A stretch of DNA of 64,000 nucleotides from an uncultured cyanobacterium (GCA_963744145.1 CAVUSO010000001.1:6848001-6912000); one strand, 5' to 3'. Counted from the stretch's first letter, positions 51,316 to 62,039 are shown. Notes: generated by a model not told the origin, from the letters alone. Made by a program: numbers and translations.

Positions 51316-51792
51316 ATGTCCGACCATTATAGCTTTGTCAGACCAGCCGATGGTGATCCACAAATTGGCAATCTAGAAACCCCAATTAACTCTTCAGCGT
51401 TTAGCAAAGCTTTTCTGAATAATTTGCCAGCTTACCGGAAAGGGTTATCACCCCTATTACGGGGCTTAGAAATTGGGTTAGCTCATGGTTATTTTCTAAT
51501 TGGACCTTGGGTTAAACTTGGGCCATTAAGGGATTCAGATTCAGCTTATTTGGGTGCATTAATTTCCGCAGTGGCTTTGATTATCATTGCTACTGGTGCT
51601 TTAGCAGCTTACGGGATTGTCAGTTTCCAAAAAGATGATGGTAAAAGCACTGACTTACAAAGCTCTCAAGGTTGGAGCCAATTTACCGCTGGCTTTTTCA
51701 TTGGTGGTACTGGTGGTGTTTATGTCGCTTATTCCATTTTGCAAAATCTGGATGTGATTAAAGGAATCCTGAGTGGTGCCTTTAACAGCTAA
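51316..51792 (+). CDS. psaL: Photosystem I subunit XI
   Basis: GNLETPIN, NLPAYRKGLSP, GLEIGLAHGYFL and GPLRD. Confidence 0.96.
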   Translation: MSDHYSFVRPADGDPQIGNLETPINSSAFSKAFLNNLPAYRKGLSPLLRGLEIGLAHGYFLIGPWVKLGPLRDSDSAYLGALISAVALIIIATGALAAYGIVSFQKDDGKSTDLQSSQGWSQFTAGFFIGGTGGVYVAYSILQNLDVIKGILSGAFNS

Positions 51793-51824
51793 TCGTTGAT
51801 TTAATTTAACAAAATTGCCTCATC

Positions 51825-51849
51825 GGGCGTCCATGTGGACGCCTTTTTT
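51825..51849 (+). terminator. Terminator between psaL and gmk
   Basis: GGCGTCC-ATGT-GGACGCC followed by TTTTTT. Confidence 0.7.
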
Positions 51850-52426
51850 AATGGTAAGCAAAAATTGCGGTTTCAATCAAACTTAAAGCTTGTTCTAACT
51901 CATCGTTAACTATTTGCAGATCAAATTCATTAGCCGCAGCAATTTCATCATAAGCGCGTTGGAGACGACAAATAATCGCAGTTTCTGAATCTTGAGCCCG
52001 ACTACGGAGCCGTCTTTCTAATTCCGTCTCCGAAGGTGGTAGGATAAAAATTTGCAGTGCCGATGGAAAAGTTTCCCGAATTTGTCGCGCTCCTTCTAAT
52101 TCAATTTCTAAGATTACAATCCGTCCTTGTTGGATTTTTTCTTCCACTTGGGCTCGGGGAGTGCCATAAAAATTACCAGCAAATTCTGCCCATTCTAGTA
52201 ATTGATGGTTAGCAATCATTTCCGCAAACTCTTGACGGGTCACAAAATAATAATGCTGTCCGTGGACTTCATCGACCCGAGGAGAACGAGTAGTGACCGA
52301 GAGCGACAAATATAATTCCGGGTAACGTTTGAGGAGCGATCGCAACAAAGTTCCTTTGCCCACTCCACTTGGACCGGTGAACACAATTAATTTACCTGGG
52401 TGAGAAGTGGGTGATTGATGTATCAT
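51848..52426 (-). CDS. gmk: Guanylate kinase
   Basis: GPSGVGKGT, TTRSPR, YGTP and LEIELEGA. Confidence 0.96.
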   Translation of the reverse strand: MIHQSPTSHPGKLIVFTGPSGVGKGTLLRSLLKRYPELYLSLSVTTRSPRVDEVHGQHYYFVTRQEFAEMIANHQLLEWAEFAGNFYGTPRAQVEEKIQQGRIVILEIELEGARQIRETFPSALQIFILPPSETELERRLRSRAQDSETAIICRLQRAYDEIAAANEFDLQIVNDELEQALSLIETAIFAYH

Positions 52427-52545
52427 ATAAATAATAGGTAGATAGTAATTTTTAAGTAATTACTCTATCAAAAATAATACGGGAGGGTAAGAACTCCTCG
52501 CTTTTAAGCCTATCCATTAGTCACATCTTTATAACCATCCTAAAA

Positions 52546-53109
52546 CTATTGCCTCATTTTCAACCAGCCAAATACTTGATTGACCGTGAGGGTTAGCTCT
52601 AGATCGGGTAAAACTGGGAGAACATGATTTCCCTGACAGATGATGGGTTGTTGTTGAGGTAGCAAAACTAGAATACTCAGATCATCTGGATCTACAAACC
52701 ATCCCAAAAGACTTCCTTGCTCTAGACAATGTAGCAGATTCCCTAATACTTTGTTAGGCTTTTGTTCAGGGGAAAGAATTTCGATCGCCCAATCTGGTGG
52801 TAAGTCAAAGTGATCCGGAACATCACCTGGTGGTGTAAACGGGATGCGATTCCATCGAAAGACAGCTACATCCGGAACAATCGATCGCCCACCAAAACTA
52901 CATCTTAATTCTGGGAAAGCATAGGCAATTTTTGGGTCTTCTGTGATTTGATTGATAACTGCACAAAATTTTCCTTGTAAACGGCTATGTCGTCCTTTGG
53001 GCATGGGTTTTTGACTAATTTCACCATTGACATATTCACTTGCGGGTTTGGTTTCTGGTAATTGCAGAAATTCCGACAGTGTGAGCGGTTTGGATAGTGC
53101 TTGTGCCAT
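52546..53109 (-). CDS. Uma2 family endonuclease-like protein
   Basis: FLQLPETKPASEY, VPDVAV and PDWAIEILSP. Confidence 0.9.
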   Translation of the reverse strand: MAQALSKPLTLSEFLQLPETKPASEYVNGEISQKPMPKGRHSRLQGKFCAVINQITEDPKIAYAFPELRCSFGGRSIVPDVAVFRWNRIPFTPPGDVPDHFDLPPDWAIEILSPEQKPNKVLGNLLHCLEQGSLLGWFVDPDDLSILVLLPQQQPIICQGNHVLPVLPDLELTLTVNQVFGWLKMRQ

Positions 53110-53302
53110 GAAAATCCTCAGCAAAACAAGTTCCACATTATATTCTAACTACTCAAACAATCGGAGAATCCCTATCAATGCGAGAATCAGACTTTTACGA
53201 ATTATTTGCATATTGGCTATAATCAAATAGCTCTAATCTATATCCAGTATGAGATTAATCGGATATCTCCAGGATTATTTCAGCCTATAACTGGTAAAAC
53301 TT

Positions 53303-53887
53303 ATGTCTCTAGTAGCAACAGAACCAAAAAGAAAGAAATTTACAGTAGAGGAATATCACCAACTGGGTGAATTAGGGATAATCAGACCTGATGAACGGAC
53401 AGAACTAATTGATGGGGATATTATTCTTATGGCACCAATGGGTAGTCGTCATTTTGGTTGTTTAATTGGGCTAAGTGAAATTTTCCCCAAGCTTTTAAAT
53501 AATCGTGCTTTTGTCGTAATGCAAGGCCCTGTCAGGCTAAACAACGGATTTGAACCAGAACCCGATCTATCAATTTTGAGGCGACGTGAAGATCGTTACA
53601 GACATCAGCTCCCACAACCTCAAGACGTATATCTATTGATTGAAGGGGCGTATTGCAATACGCCCGTACATACGACCATTAACAACGACCGTAATGTGAA
53701 GTCAGTCCACTACAGCCAAGCTGGGATTATTGAACTTTGGATCGTAGACATTAGGGCCGAATTAGTAGAGGTCGATCGTAACCCTGGTCCCAATGGTTAT
53801 GAAAGTGTCCAACAATTCAGACGAGGCGAAAGTATCTCACCTCTTGCCTTCCCAGATTTAGTAATCAGCGTTGATGTCATTTTGTAG
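53303..53887 (+). CDS. Uma2 family protein carrying an in-frame REP insertion
   Basis: FTVEEYHQL, ELIDG, EPEPDL and GI.E.WIVD; LIE is followed by the REP-encoded GAYCNTPVH. Confidence 0.8.
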   Translation: MSLVATEPKRKKFTVEEYHQLGELGIIRPDERTELIDGDIILMAPMGSRHFGCLIGLSEIFPKLLNNRAFVVMQGPVRLNNGFEPEPDLSILRRREDRYRHQLPQPQDVYLLIEGAYCNTPVHTTINNDRNVKSVHYSQAGIIELWIVDIRAELVEVDRNPGPNGYESVQQFRRGESISPLAFPDLVISVDVIL

Positions 53888-54002
53888 AAAATTATTTATC
53901 TGATTATTCATAATATAACTAAAATTAGGCTTCATCATCATTTGCCAAACGCTCTTTTCTAAGACTTTCTGCAATCTCATGAATAATCCCGATTGAGGCT
54001 AA

Positions 54003-55157
54003 ATGCACAAGCTCAGAAATCTCAAAAAATACCTGTCTTTGGTAGCGATCGCGACAGTTATTTCTCTGCTAACTATTTTGATACCGATCTGGCTAGGAAA
54101 AAATCATCAGCCGATCGCCCAATCAACAGAAATAACTAGGACATCAGCGCTCGAATCCGTATTTTCTGATCAAGATATTGAATTTTCTTTTGTAGTAATT
54201 GGTTGTAATCGAGTTGAAAAGACTGATATTAAATCTACTCTTCCTAGCACCGCTAATATCGAACAACTCCAACGTACATTTACAGAAATTGCAGCCCTAT
54301 CTCCAGCACCAAAATTTTTATTTTTCGCAGGAGACATGGTTTACGGCTACAACTCTGATCCCAATGTATTAGAAAGTGAGCTAAAGGGTTGGCGAGAACT
54401 TTATGAAAAGTCTCCCCTAGCATCAACTCCAACCACATTAATTACTATTCCTGGTAATCATGAAGTTCAGAATGAGAAAAAAGTTGCTTACTTAGAAGCC
54501 GAAAAAACTTGGTTAAATGTAATGGCACCTTATTTGCAGTATGCGGGTAATGGACCAAAAGCTGGAGGACCAGATAATTTAAAAACTGATCAAAGTTCTC
54601 TGACATATTCCTTTGAATATAACAATACTCATTTTCTGATCTTGAATACAGATCCAGTTGGCAAAGATTGGAGTGTCCCACTTAACTGGATTAATCAAGA
54701 TTTAGATGAAGCAACAAAAAACCAGGTAGAACATATTTTCGCGATCGGACATAAACCAGCATATACTTATCCGCTCAATCTTTATCGTCCCGCTGAAAAA
54801 TTAGAAGATGGACTGGGTAGATTATATCCACAAGAACGAGATCAATTCTGGGATTTATTAGTAAAAAGCCGTAGTGAGGCAATGTTAACAGCTCATAATC
54901 ATCTCTATTATCGCACTAAAGGGCCAAAAGGTAATACTTGGCAAATTATTGCTGGTAATGGTGGAAGTCAACTCGACTCAGTAGCTGATCAAAAAAGCGT
55001 TAACTTCTTTGGGTTTACGGTGATCAATGTTCTCAAAAATGGACATATTACCCTGACTAGTTATGGAAGGGATGTTCCTACCCAGGGTTATCTAGCACCA
55101 AGTTCAGCTCATCCAACTACAGTTAGAGATCAAGCTGATCTAACTTGGATTGATTAA
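54003..55157 (+). CDS. Secreted or membrane-anchored calcineurin-like metallophosphoesterase
   Basis: N-terminal hydrophobic segment; GDMV, PGNHE, GHKP and AHNH motifs. Confidence 0.8.
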   Translation: MHKLRNLKKYLSLVAIATVISLLTILIPIWLGKNHQPIAQSTEITRTSALESVFSDQDIEFSFVVIGCNRVEKTDIKSTLPSTANIEQLQRTFTEIAALSPAPKFLFFAGDMVYGYNSDPNVLESELKGWRELYEKSPLASTPTTLITIPGNHEVQNEKKVAYLEAEKTWLNVMAPYLQYAGNGPKAGGPDNLKTDQSSLTYSFEYNNTHFLILNTDPVGKDWSVPLNWINQDLDEATKNQVEHIFAIGHKPAYTYPLNLYRPAEKLEDGLGRLYPQERDQFWDLLVKSRSEAMLTAHNHLYYRTKGPKGNTWQIIAGNGGSQLDSVADQKSVNFFGFTVINVLKNGHITLTSYGRDVPTQGYLAPSSAHPTTVRDQADLTWID

Positions 55158-55173
55158 AAGCGGACCACATCAA

Positions 55174-55653
55174 TCACTCACCAGCAAACCACCAACCGGA
55201 ATTGACAATTTTATCTCCTGCCGCATTAAAATAGAGAAAATCATGATAACCCCGCCACTGATAAATTAGAAATTGATTGGTATCTGGAATCGTTTTATTG
55301 ATGAGGGAATCGTTTTGGATCAGGTAGAAAAGCGGATCATCTTTAACAGCAATGTGATCAGGAGATCCGAGTAATTGAATAATCTCGGATCTTTGATATT
55401 TTCCTGTACCTAAGCAAAACCCGATCTGATTCATAATTTGATGTTTGCGCCCATGCCATCCATCTATATCATTATTCCATCTACCATTATTACTATGTCC
55501 AGGAATAGTGCGGATTGTCTGAAAATCAGTTGCTAAGGTTTTGATTGGACATTCTGGTGGGGATAAATTATCTGCTTGAGCAGGATTAAAATTGCCGATC
55601 AGCAGCAATCCGAAAATAAGCAAAAGCCGACTTTGGTATGATTGGTAATTCAT
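55174..55653 (-). CDS. Hypothetical secreted protein
   Basis: Signal-peptide-like N-terminus (AQA), LLGSPD and YQWRGYHDFLYF. Confidence 0.6.
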   Translation of the reverse strand: MNYQSYQSRLLLIFGLLLIGNFNPAQADNLSPPECPIKTLATDFQTIRTIPGHSNNGRWNNDIDGWHGRKHQIMNQIGFCLGTGKYQRSEIIQLLGSPDHIAVKDDPLFYLIQNDSLINKTIPDTNQFLIYQWRGYHDFLYFNAAGDKIVNSGWWFAGE

Positions 55654-55872
55654 AGAGTGTCCAGAGCTAATGCAACTGCTGTGATCATCATAAGTAGGGA
55701 TGGGCAGCATAGACTTTTATCTATTATCATAAAGCCAATTTGATCTTTGAGCCAAGGGTTGATTTTTTCTCACTAAAGAATTAGGAATTTATTAATATTA
55801 CCAAAATTTTTGCCAAAATAGGTATAAATAAATAGGGAAATATCCATCCAAGTAAAATTAGGATTAATCTTT

Positions 55873-58521
55873 ATGCAGTCCCAGCAATTTCCTAAGTTAT
55901 ATTCTCGTCAACTACTAAGCTCTAAACCTTCTCTCCAAAGACAAATTTTGATTATAGTATCAAGTCTCTTGTTAATTGCGTTATTACCAACGATTGCACT
56001 GTTGACTTGGACAGCAAGACAAGCAATGCTAGAGCGTACCCGAGCAGATGGAGTTCGGATTGCCCAAATTTTAGCTCAAAGTGCTGGTGTGGTTGAACAA
56101 TTACCCCAAGATGTAGAAAAAGTTATTGGTGAACAAATGATTGTCTCCGCTACAACTTTGGCTCATCTTGTGAGTGTAGCTGAAGCTAATAATTTGACTC
56201 CCAACCAAATGAATCAACGATTGAAGGAGATCGTGAATAGTACCGTCCTTGATGAAATTTGGATTACTGATGAAAAGGGTAAAGCATATCTAAACACTCT
56301 CGATCTTGATTTTACTTTTTTGCCCGATCGCCAAAAACAACCCCAAGCTTATATTTTTTGGGAATTATTAAATGGTCGAAAAAAGACTGTAGTTCAAGAA
56401 GCAAGAAAACGCGAAATAGATAATCGGATCTTTAAATATGTTGGTGTAGCCGGAGTTGATAAACCACGGATTGTTGAAGTAGGTTATAATGCTGAATTTC
56501 TCGAAAAGATTCGCGAAAAAATTGGAGTTAAATCCCTAATTAATCAGTTGCTTAATGGAGAAGATGTTAAAGCAATTTGGGTAGTTGACAATAATTTAAA
56601 AGTCTTAGCTGCTAGTCAAGATCAAAAGTCACTGATTGCTTCAGAGATAGACACAGTAGATCGATCTAATATTTCCCAAGTAATTGCTCAAAGACGAGTT
56701 TTTAGTGAAATCAACGGCAATTTTCTCAAAGTTGCAGCACCTTTGCTCAATCAAACAGGTGAGATTCGCGGTGCTGCTTTAGTTTATTTATCTTTAGACT
56801 CGGTCTATGCTACCTTAAAGGGTCAATTAGAATTAGCATTGTTTGTTACTGTGATTGTTTTAACTATTGGACTGTTAGCTTCTTATTATCTATCTCGGTG
56901 GATTACTCAACCAATTTGTTATCTAAGTAAAGCATCTAAATTACTTTCTGATGGTCAATGGCACCAACCAGTAGAGATCAAACGAGCTGATGAATTAGGA
57001 GAATTAGCTAATTCATTTAATTTTATGGCACAGCAATTGTATGAGTCGTTTCAGTCTTTAGAAACCAAGAATGAAGATTTAGAAAACCGTGTAAAAGAAC
57101 GGACTGTAGAACTAGAACAAGCTAAACAAAAAGCTGAGGTTGCCAATCAAGCTAAAAGTGAATTTCTGGCGAATATGAGTCATGAATTACGCACACCTCT
57201 CAATGGAATTCTTGGTTATGCTCAAATTATGCAACGTGCTGCTGATCTTAATCAATATCGTAAAGGTGTGCTGATTATTGAACAAGCAGGTACTCATTTA
57301 CTTGCTCTGATTAATGATATTTTGGATCTGGCGAAAATTGAAGCAAGGAAAATGGAATTATTACCCAAGGATTTTCATTTTCTTTCCTTTCTAGTTGGGG
57401 TAGCTGAAATTACTAGAGTCCGGGCAGATCATAAAGATATTTTGTTCGATTTTATTCAATCAGAAAACCTCCCATCGGGGGTAGTTGCTGATGAAAAACG
57501 TCTTCGTCAAGTATTGATGAATTTATTAGGGAATGCGATTAAATTTACCGATCGCGGTAGTGTAACATTTAAAGTTGAATTGGTATCTACTAATTATCAT
57601 GCTGGAGTAAATATTCATAAAGTTCGATTTAGTATTCAAGATACAGGAGTAGGAATGACTTCTGAACAATTAGAAAAAATATTTTTACCTTTTGAACAAG
57701 TTGGTTCTAGTTCGCAACGTGCAGAAGGTTCTGGGTTAGGATTAGCTATTTCTCGTGAAATTGTCACAATGATGGGAAGTCAAATACAAGTTATTAGTAA
57801 TTTAGGAATGGGTAGCATTTTTTGGTTTGAAGTAGATTTACCACTCTCAAATCAATGGATGAATACTGCTACTTTATCCTCCCAAGGTCAGATTATTGGT
57901 TATAGCGGTGAACGAAAGAAAATTCTGATCGTTGATGATAAACCAGTGAATCGAATTGTCATTGCAGAAGTTTTAAATCCGTTAGGGTTTATGATTGCTG
58001 AAGCGGAAAATGGGCAAGATGGATTAAATCAGACTAAGGAATTTCAACCGGATTTAATTATTACTGATATTGCGATGCCCGAGATGAATGGTTATGAATT
58101 CGCTCGTTGTATTCGCCAGACTTATTCTGCTACTTTAGCAATGATCGCCGCTAGTGCAAGTGTATCACAATCAGATCAAAGTTTAGCGATCGCTGCTGGT
58201 TGTAATGATTTTATCGAAAAACCTTTAGATCTGGAAAAGTTACTCAGAATAGTCCAAAAATATCTCAATATTGAATGGATTTATGCTGAACATCAAGGGG
58301 AAATAGAATCAAGGTCACAAGAGATTATTTTCCCCACGTTAGCGGAGTTAAATAATCTTTACCAAGCGGTTAAAATTGGGGATATTGCTTTAGTCGAAAT
58401 GATTGCTAAACAACTAGTAGCAACTAATTCCCAATATCAGGCATTTTCCGATCGCATTTTAACTTTAGCCGCAGAATTTGATGAGGGTGGTATAATTGAG
58501 TTGATTGAAGCTAGAACATAG
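55873..58521 (+). CDS. Hybrid sensor histidine kinase/response regulator (TM-periplasmic-HAMP-HisKA-HATPase-REC)
   Basis: DELGELA (HAMP), SHELRTPL, NAIKFT, DTGVG, GSGLGL and ILIVDD..DLIITD..P. Confidence 0.93.
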   Translation: MQSQQFPKLYSRQLLSSKPSLQRQILIIVSSLLLIALLPTIALLTWTARQAMLERTRADGVRIAQILAQSAGVVEQLPQDVEKVIGEQMIVSATTLAHLVSVAEANNLTPNQMNQRLKEIVNSTVLDEIWITDEKGKAYLNTLDLDFTFLPDRQKQPQAYIFWELLNGRKKTVVQEARKREIDNRIFKYVGVAGVDKPRIVEVGYNAEFLEKIREKIGVKSLINQLLNGEDVKAIWVVDNNLKVLAASQDQKSLIASEIDTVDRSNISQVIAQRRVFSEINGNFLKVAAPLLNQTGEIRGAALVYLSLDSVYATLKGQLELALFVTVIVLTIGLLASYYLSRWITQPICYLSKASKLLSDGQWHQPVEIKRADELGELANSFNFMAQQLYESFQSLETKNEDLENRVKERTVELEQAKQKAEVANQAKSEFLANMSHELRTPLNGILGYAQIMQRAADLNQYRKGVLIIEQAGTHLLALINDILDLAKIEARKMELLPKDFHFLSFLVGVAEITRVRADHKDILFDFIQSENLPSGVVADEKRLRQVLMNLLGNAIKFTDRGSVTFKVELVSTNYHAGVNIHKVRFSIQDTGVGMTSEQLEKIFLPFEQVGSSSQRAEGSGLGLAISREIVTMMGSQIQVISNLGMGSIFWFEVDLPLSNQWMNTATLSSQGQIIGYSGERKKILIVDDKPVNRIVIAEVLNPLGFMIAEAENGQDGLNQTKEFQPDLIITDIAMPEMNGYEFARCIRQTYSATLAMIAASASVSQSDQSLAIAAGCNDFIEKPLDLEKLLRIVQKYLNIEWIYAEHQGEIESRSQEIIFPTLAELNNLYQAVKIGDIALVEMIAKQLVATNSQYQAFSDRILTLAAEFDEGGIIELIEART

Positions 58522-58581
58522 TGATACCAATTCACGCTGAAAATACATTAAATATTAGATTGAGTTGACTCTGATGTTTTA

Positions 58582-59121
58582 CTAATATAATGGTACAGCA
58601 GGATCAATTTCACGACTCCAAGCATTAATTCCTCCTTTAAGATTCATACCTTCAATTCCTGCTTTTTTCAAAATTACTAACGCTTTTGCACTTCTAACTC
58701 CAACTTTACAATGAGCAATTAATTTTCGTCCTTTTAGCAAAGATTTGATTTTAGTAATACCCTCACCTGCTTCAATTTCTGGTAAAGGAATAAGAACTGA
58801 TCCAGGAATTCTAGCAATTTCATATTCTGCTATTTCCCGGACATCAACTAACAAAAAATCTTCGGTTTTATGGTCGATCAATTGTTTTAACTGTTGCACG
58901 GTAATTGCGGGAACTTCTGCTTGCTGGATCGCATTACCAATCAATGGTAAATTAGCAGCTAAATGTAAAGGAATACCTAATTTAATTAAGGGTCTGAGCA
59001 GATCTGGATTATAAATAATTCCAGCGATCGCAATCATCCCTAATCCTACCATACCTCCCCATATTTCTAACCTGAGTCTTGGTCTGGGTTTTTGCTCTGT
59101 GATTTTGCTCGTATTATCCAT
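58582..59121 (-). CDS. Membrane-anchored rhodanese domain protein (MoeB C-terminal-like)
   Basis: LVDVRE..EY, HCKVGVRS and LKGGINAW..IDP.VP.Y. Confidence 0.85.
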   Translation of the reverse strand: MDNTSKITEQKPRPRLRLEIWGGMVGLGMIAIAGIIYNPDLLRPLIKLGIPLHLAANLPLIGNAIQQAEVPAITVQQLKQLIDHKTEDFLLVDVREIAEYEIARIPGSVLIPLPEIEAGEGITKIKSLLKGRKLIAHCKVGVRSAKALVILKKAGIEGMNLKGGINAWSREIDPAVPLY

Positions 59122-59239
59122 AAATTTTGCTCCCAATTTTCTTAGGTAAGATCGAAGTAGCTCTAATTCTAGTTTAGTGCGATCGCTATCTACTTTCTTA
59201 GTGATCGTGATCATGATTAACCTAAATTATGATCGGATA

Positions 59240-59812
59240 TTATTGCATTTCTTCTGTTCCCTCAGCACAAACAACTTGATCATTTTTGATAATTGGATCA
59301 GCAGGAATAATTTTACCAGGAGAAATTGTGCCACAAGCACCAGCTAAACTATTTCCTTTTGATGTTATAAAAACTATACCCACAAAACTTTTCAGATTAG
59401 AATCTAGAGGAATTGCATAGATAAAAACAGCTTGATCACCTATATTTTTCATGGCATAATGAAAGTTGTTTGATTGAGTGGGAATACCGATGTTTAACTG
59501 ATCAAATGTCCGGGCAAAAGTTGGATTCTCTAAGCGATAAGCTTGTTGAGCTCTATTACTTGCACCAATAAAAGACTTCCCCTCACTTTGTCTAGGTTTG
59601 GCACCACAACCAAGATTAGATGAAACAAAAAAAACTCCTCCTGTTCCGAATACCAAGCAGGAAATACAAAAAACAATTACGTTATGTTTTTTAGTAATTA
59701 TCTCCAAATAAGTCTTTAAAAAGCTTTTTTTATTTGCAGGAAAATCTAAATTCGGTCGAGGATTTTTAATTAGTAAATATTTCATCCATTTAGTGATAAA
59801 ATTGATATACAT
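59240..59812 (-). CDS. Type IV pilin-like G/H family protein
   Basis: QSEGKSFIGASNRAQQAYRLE..F and LKSFVG with C-terminal Cys pair. Confidence 0.8.
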   Translation of the reverse strand: MYINFITKWMKYLLIKNPRPNLDFPANKKSFLKTYLEIITKKHNVIVFCISCLVFGTGGVFFVSSNLGCGAKPRQSEGKSFIGASNRAQQAYRLENPTFARTFDQLNIGIPTQSNNFHYAMKNIGDQAVFIYAIPLDSNLKSFVGIVFITSKGNSLAGACGTISPGKIIPADPIIKNDQVVCAEGTEEMQ

Positions 59813-59898
59813 ATTTTTTACTAACTCCTGATTTGTCTTAAATAAAGGCGATCGCAATTCTCTAACCTAAACCTAATATCTAGACTGACTATTCCTAG

Positions 59899-60021
59899 TA
59901 TACCTCTTGCAAAAGTCATGTTGATCAATTTACTGGACAGGCAAGATGCCTGTCCCACAACCAAAAAAACTTTTGTGGGACAGGCATCTTGCCTGTCCTA
60001 GTTATTTTTGCAAGAAGTCTA
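59899..60021. mobile_element. MITE/REPIN-like element
   Basis: Terminal inverted repeats TATACCTCTTGCAAAA / TTTTGCAAGAAGTCTA enclose an inverted pair of GGACAGGCAAGATGCCTGTCCCAC units. Confidence 0.8.
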
Positions 60022-60476
60022 GTCTAATCTCAATTTCGGTTTTCCTAATAGAGCTTTGTTACTTTATATTAATACCTACGCGAATTTGAGTTCTCGATGG
60101 AGTTATTTGAGAACTCATCGACTTTTGATTGAGTTTGGATCGACTTTGGAGTTCTGGTCAAAGTGACAAAAACCTCACTGACTTTTTTTCTGATTTGGAT
60201 TAGTGTGATCGCAGTCACACCCAATTTCTAGTTTTATCCCACGTAATTTCTGTAAAAAAATGCTATCATCAAGTAAATTTATCAATATTTCTGGTAAGTC
60301 ATTATGCCCTATGCTAGAAGTTCGTGAATTTGCTGAAAAAATCAACCTCTTATCTCTTGAGGATAAACAATGGTTACTACAACAAGTCAACAAATTGCTA
60401 CTTCTCCCCTGACTGATCTGAATGATACCGATACAACCCCTCTTTATGCTTTAGTAGATTTCTAATCGAGTTTCTT

Positions 60477-61220
60477 ATGAACAAAGTTTATTTTTCCTTT
60501 TATGCAGAACTAAAACACTTTTTATCACCTCCTCGTCAAGAACTAAGTTTTGCTCATCAATTTAATGGTCGTGTATCAATCAAAGACATGATCGAATCTT
60601 TCGGAGTTCCTCATACAGAAGTAGATCAGATTATAGTTAATGGTAATGTAGTCGATTTTTCCTATATTGTTCAGCATGGTGATCAGTGTAATATTTATCC
60701 AGTTTCTGTCGATCAAAAAATCGGTCACAATCAACAACAGCAATTACCTGGTTTCGTCTTAGATGTACATTTAGGAAAACTAGCTAATCATCTCAGAATG
60801 CTAGGGTTTGACACCCTCTATCGTAATGATTATGCTGATGAAGAATTAGCATATATTTCTAGTAATGAAGAACGGATTTTACTCACTAGGGATCTGGGAG
60901 TGCTGAAACGTAGTATAGTTAAGCTTGGCTATTATGTGAGAGAAACAAATCCCCAGCGTCAGTTAGTTGAAGTATTACAGCGGTTTGATTTGTTTGATCA
61001 AATTAGACCATTTTTTCGTTGTATCCAATGCAATATTTCGCTAAAAACAGTTGCTAAAGAGACAATTATTGAAAAATTACCACCAAAAGTTAGAGAACAC
61101 TATCAGGAGTTTCGTCAGTGTCCATCCTGTGAACAAATTTTTTGGAAAGGAAGTCATTTTCACAAAATGCAAGAGTTTGTCGTTGAGATAATGAAGCATC
61201 GAGCGATCGCGAAGGAATGA
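60477..61220 (+). CDS. Mut7-C RNase domain protein with ubiquitin-like N-terminal domain
   Basis: SIKDMIESFGVPHTEV, DVHLGKLA..LRMLGFD, LTRD, RCIQCN and CPSC...WKGSH. Confidence 0.9.
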   Translation: MNKVYFSFYAELKHFLSPPRQELSFAHQFNGRVSIKDMIESFGVPHTEVDQIIVNGNVVDFSYIVQHGDQCNIYPVSVDQKIGHNQQQQLPGFVLDVHLGKLANHLRMLGFDTLYRNDYADEELAYISSNEERILLTRDLGVLKRSIVKLGYYVRETNPQRQLVEVLQRFDLFDQIRPFFRCIQCNISLKTVAKETIIEKLPPKVREHYQEFRQCPSCEQIFWKGSHFHKMQEFVVEIMKHRAIAKE

Positions 61221-61262
61221 AAATAGATAATTTCCTATTTCCTCCGCAAATAGTCAGGTTAT

Positions 61263-61958
61263 TTAAGAATTATCCGGACTGTAACTTATGCGTAAAAGCT
61301 GATTTCCTCCTCGTTGAAACTCATAGTTAACTGGTTGGATTTCTAGCTGATAACCTTGGTTTTTCAGAGTATTGATGACAGGAATTACATAAGGAGATGG
61401 TTCACAGGAGAGATTTAAAAGTGGAAAAATTCGCACTTCCCGTGCAACTCGACAAAGTTCTGCGATCGATTGAAGATGAAATTGTTCTGAAAAGTGATCA
61501 GAATATAGAAAAAGAAAATGGGAACAGAGAGCTAAATCAAATGTACCAGTGGGAAAAGGTAAAGATGGTAATTCTGCGATCGCATAGCGTCCTGTAGATA
61601 ATCCGACAGGAAAATCTTCTAAAAATAGTCGGATGGTTTCTGTTCTACTCTCTCCCAACTCAGTCGGAGATGCAAATTCCTTCCAAATATATTGATCTAA
61701 ATTAGCAGTTAGACCATCAATAATTAAAGGATAAGTTTCTTGAAAACGCTGGAAAATTTCAGCTCCAGAAAATTGATATACCGGATCGCAGGAAATGACA
61801 TGATATCCTTGTTTAGTCATCTCGGTATTAAAGCTAGCTGGACCACCTGCACAATCAAGAATTTTTAACTTTAAATCCTCAGCATTTAAGTTAAACATTT
61901 TGATGTAAGTATTGAGCGATCGACCGAGAGGAACTACTTTTTCTAACTTTAAACCCAT
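61263..61958 (-). CDS. SAM-dependent methyltransferase-like protein
   Basis: ILDCAGGPASF, FDLALCSHFLFLY and EVRIFPL. Confidence 0.8.
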   Translation of the reverse strand: MGLKLEKVVPLGRSLNTYIKMFNLNAEDLKLKILDCAGGPASFNTEMTKQGYHVISCDPVYQFSGAEIFQRFQETYPLIIDGLTANLDQYIWKEFASPTELGESRTETIRLFLEDFPVGLSTGRYAIAELPSLPFPTGTFDLALCSHFLFLYSDHFSEQFHLQSIAELCRVAREVRIFPLLNLSCEPSPYVIPVINTLKNQGYQLEIQPVNYEFQRGGNQLLRISYSPDNS

Positions 61959-61989
61959 TTTTTTTCACCAATATCAATTGAGCCAATGA

Positions 61990-62023
61990 AATGTAGTTGT
62001 AATTTAGCCAGTACAACTACATT
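61990..62023. repeat. Inverted repeat (REP-like or terminator) downstream of aroF
   Basis: AATGTAGTTGTA-N10-TACAACTACATT, perfect 12-bp arms. Confidence 0.6.
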
Positions 62024-62039
62024 CCTGGGAAAACTAAAG

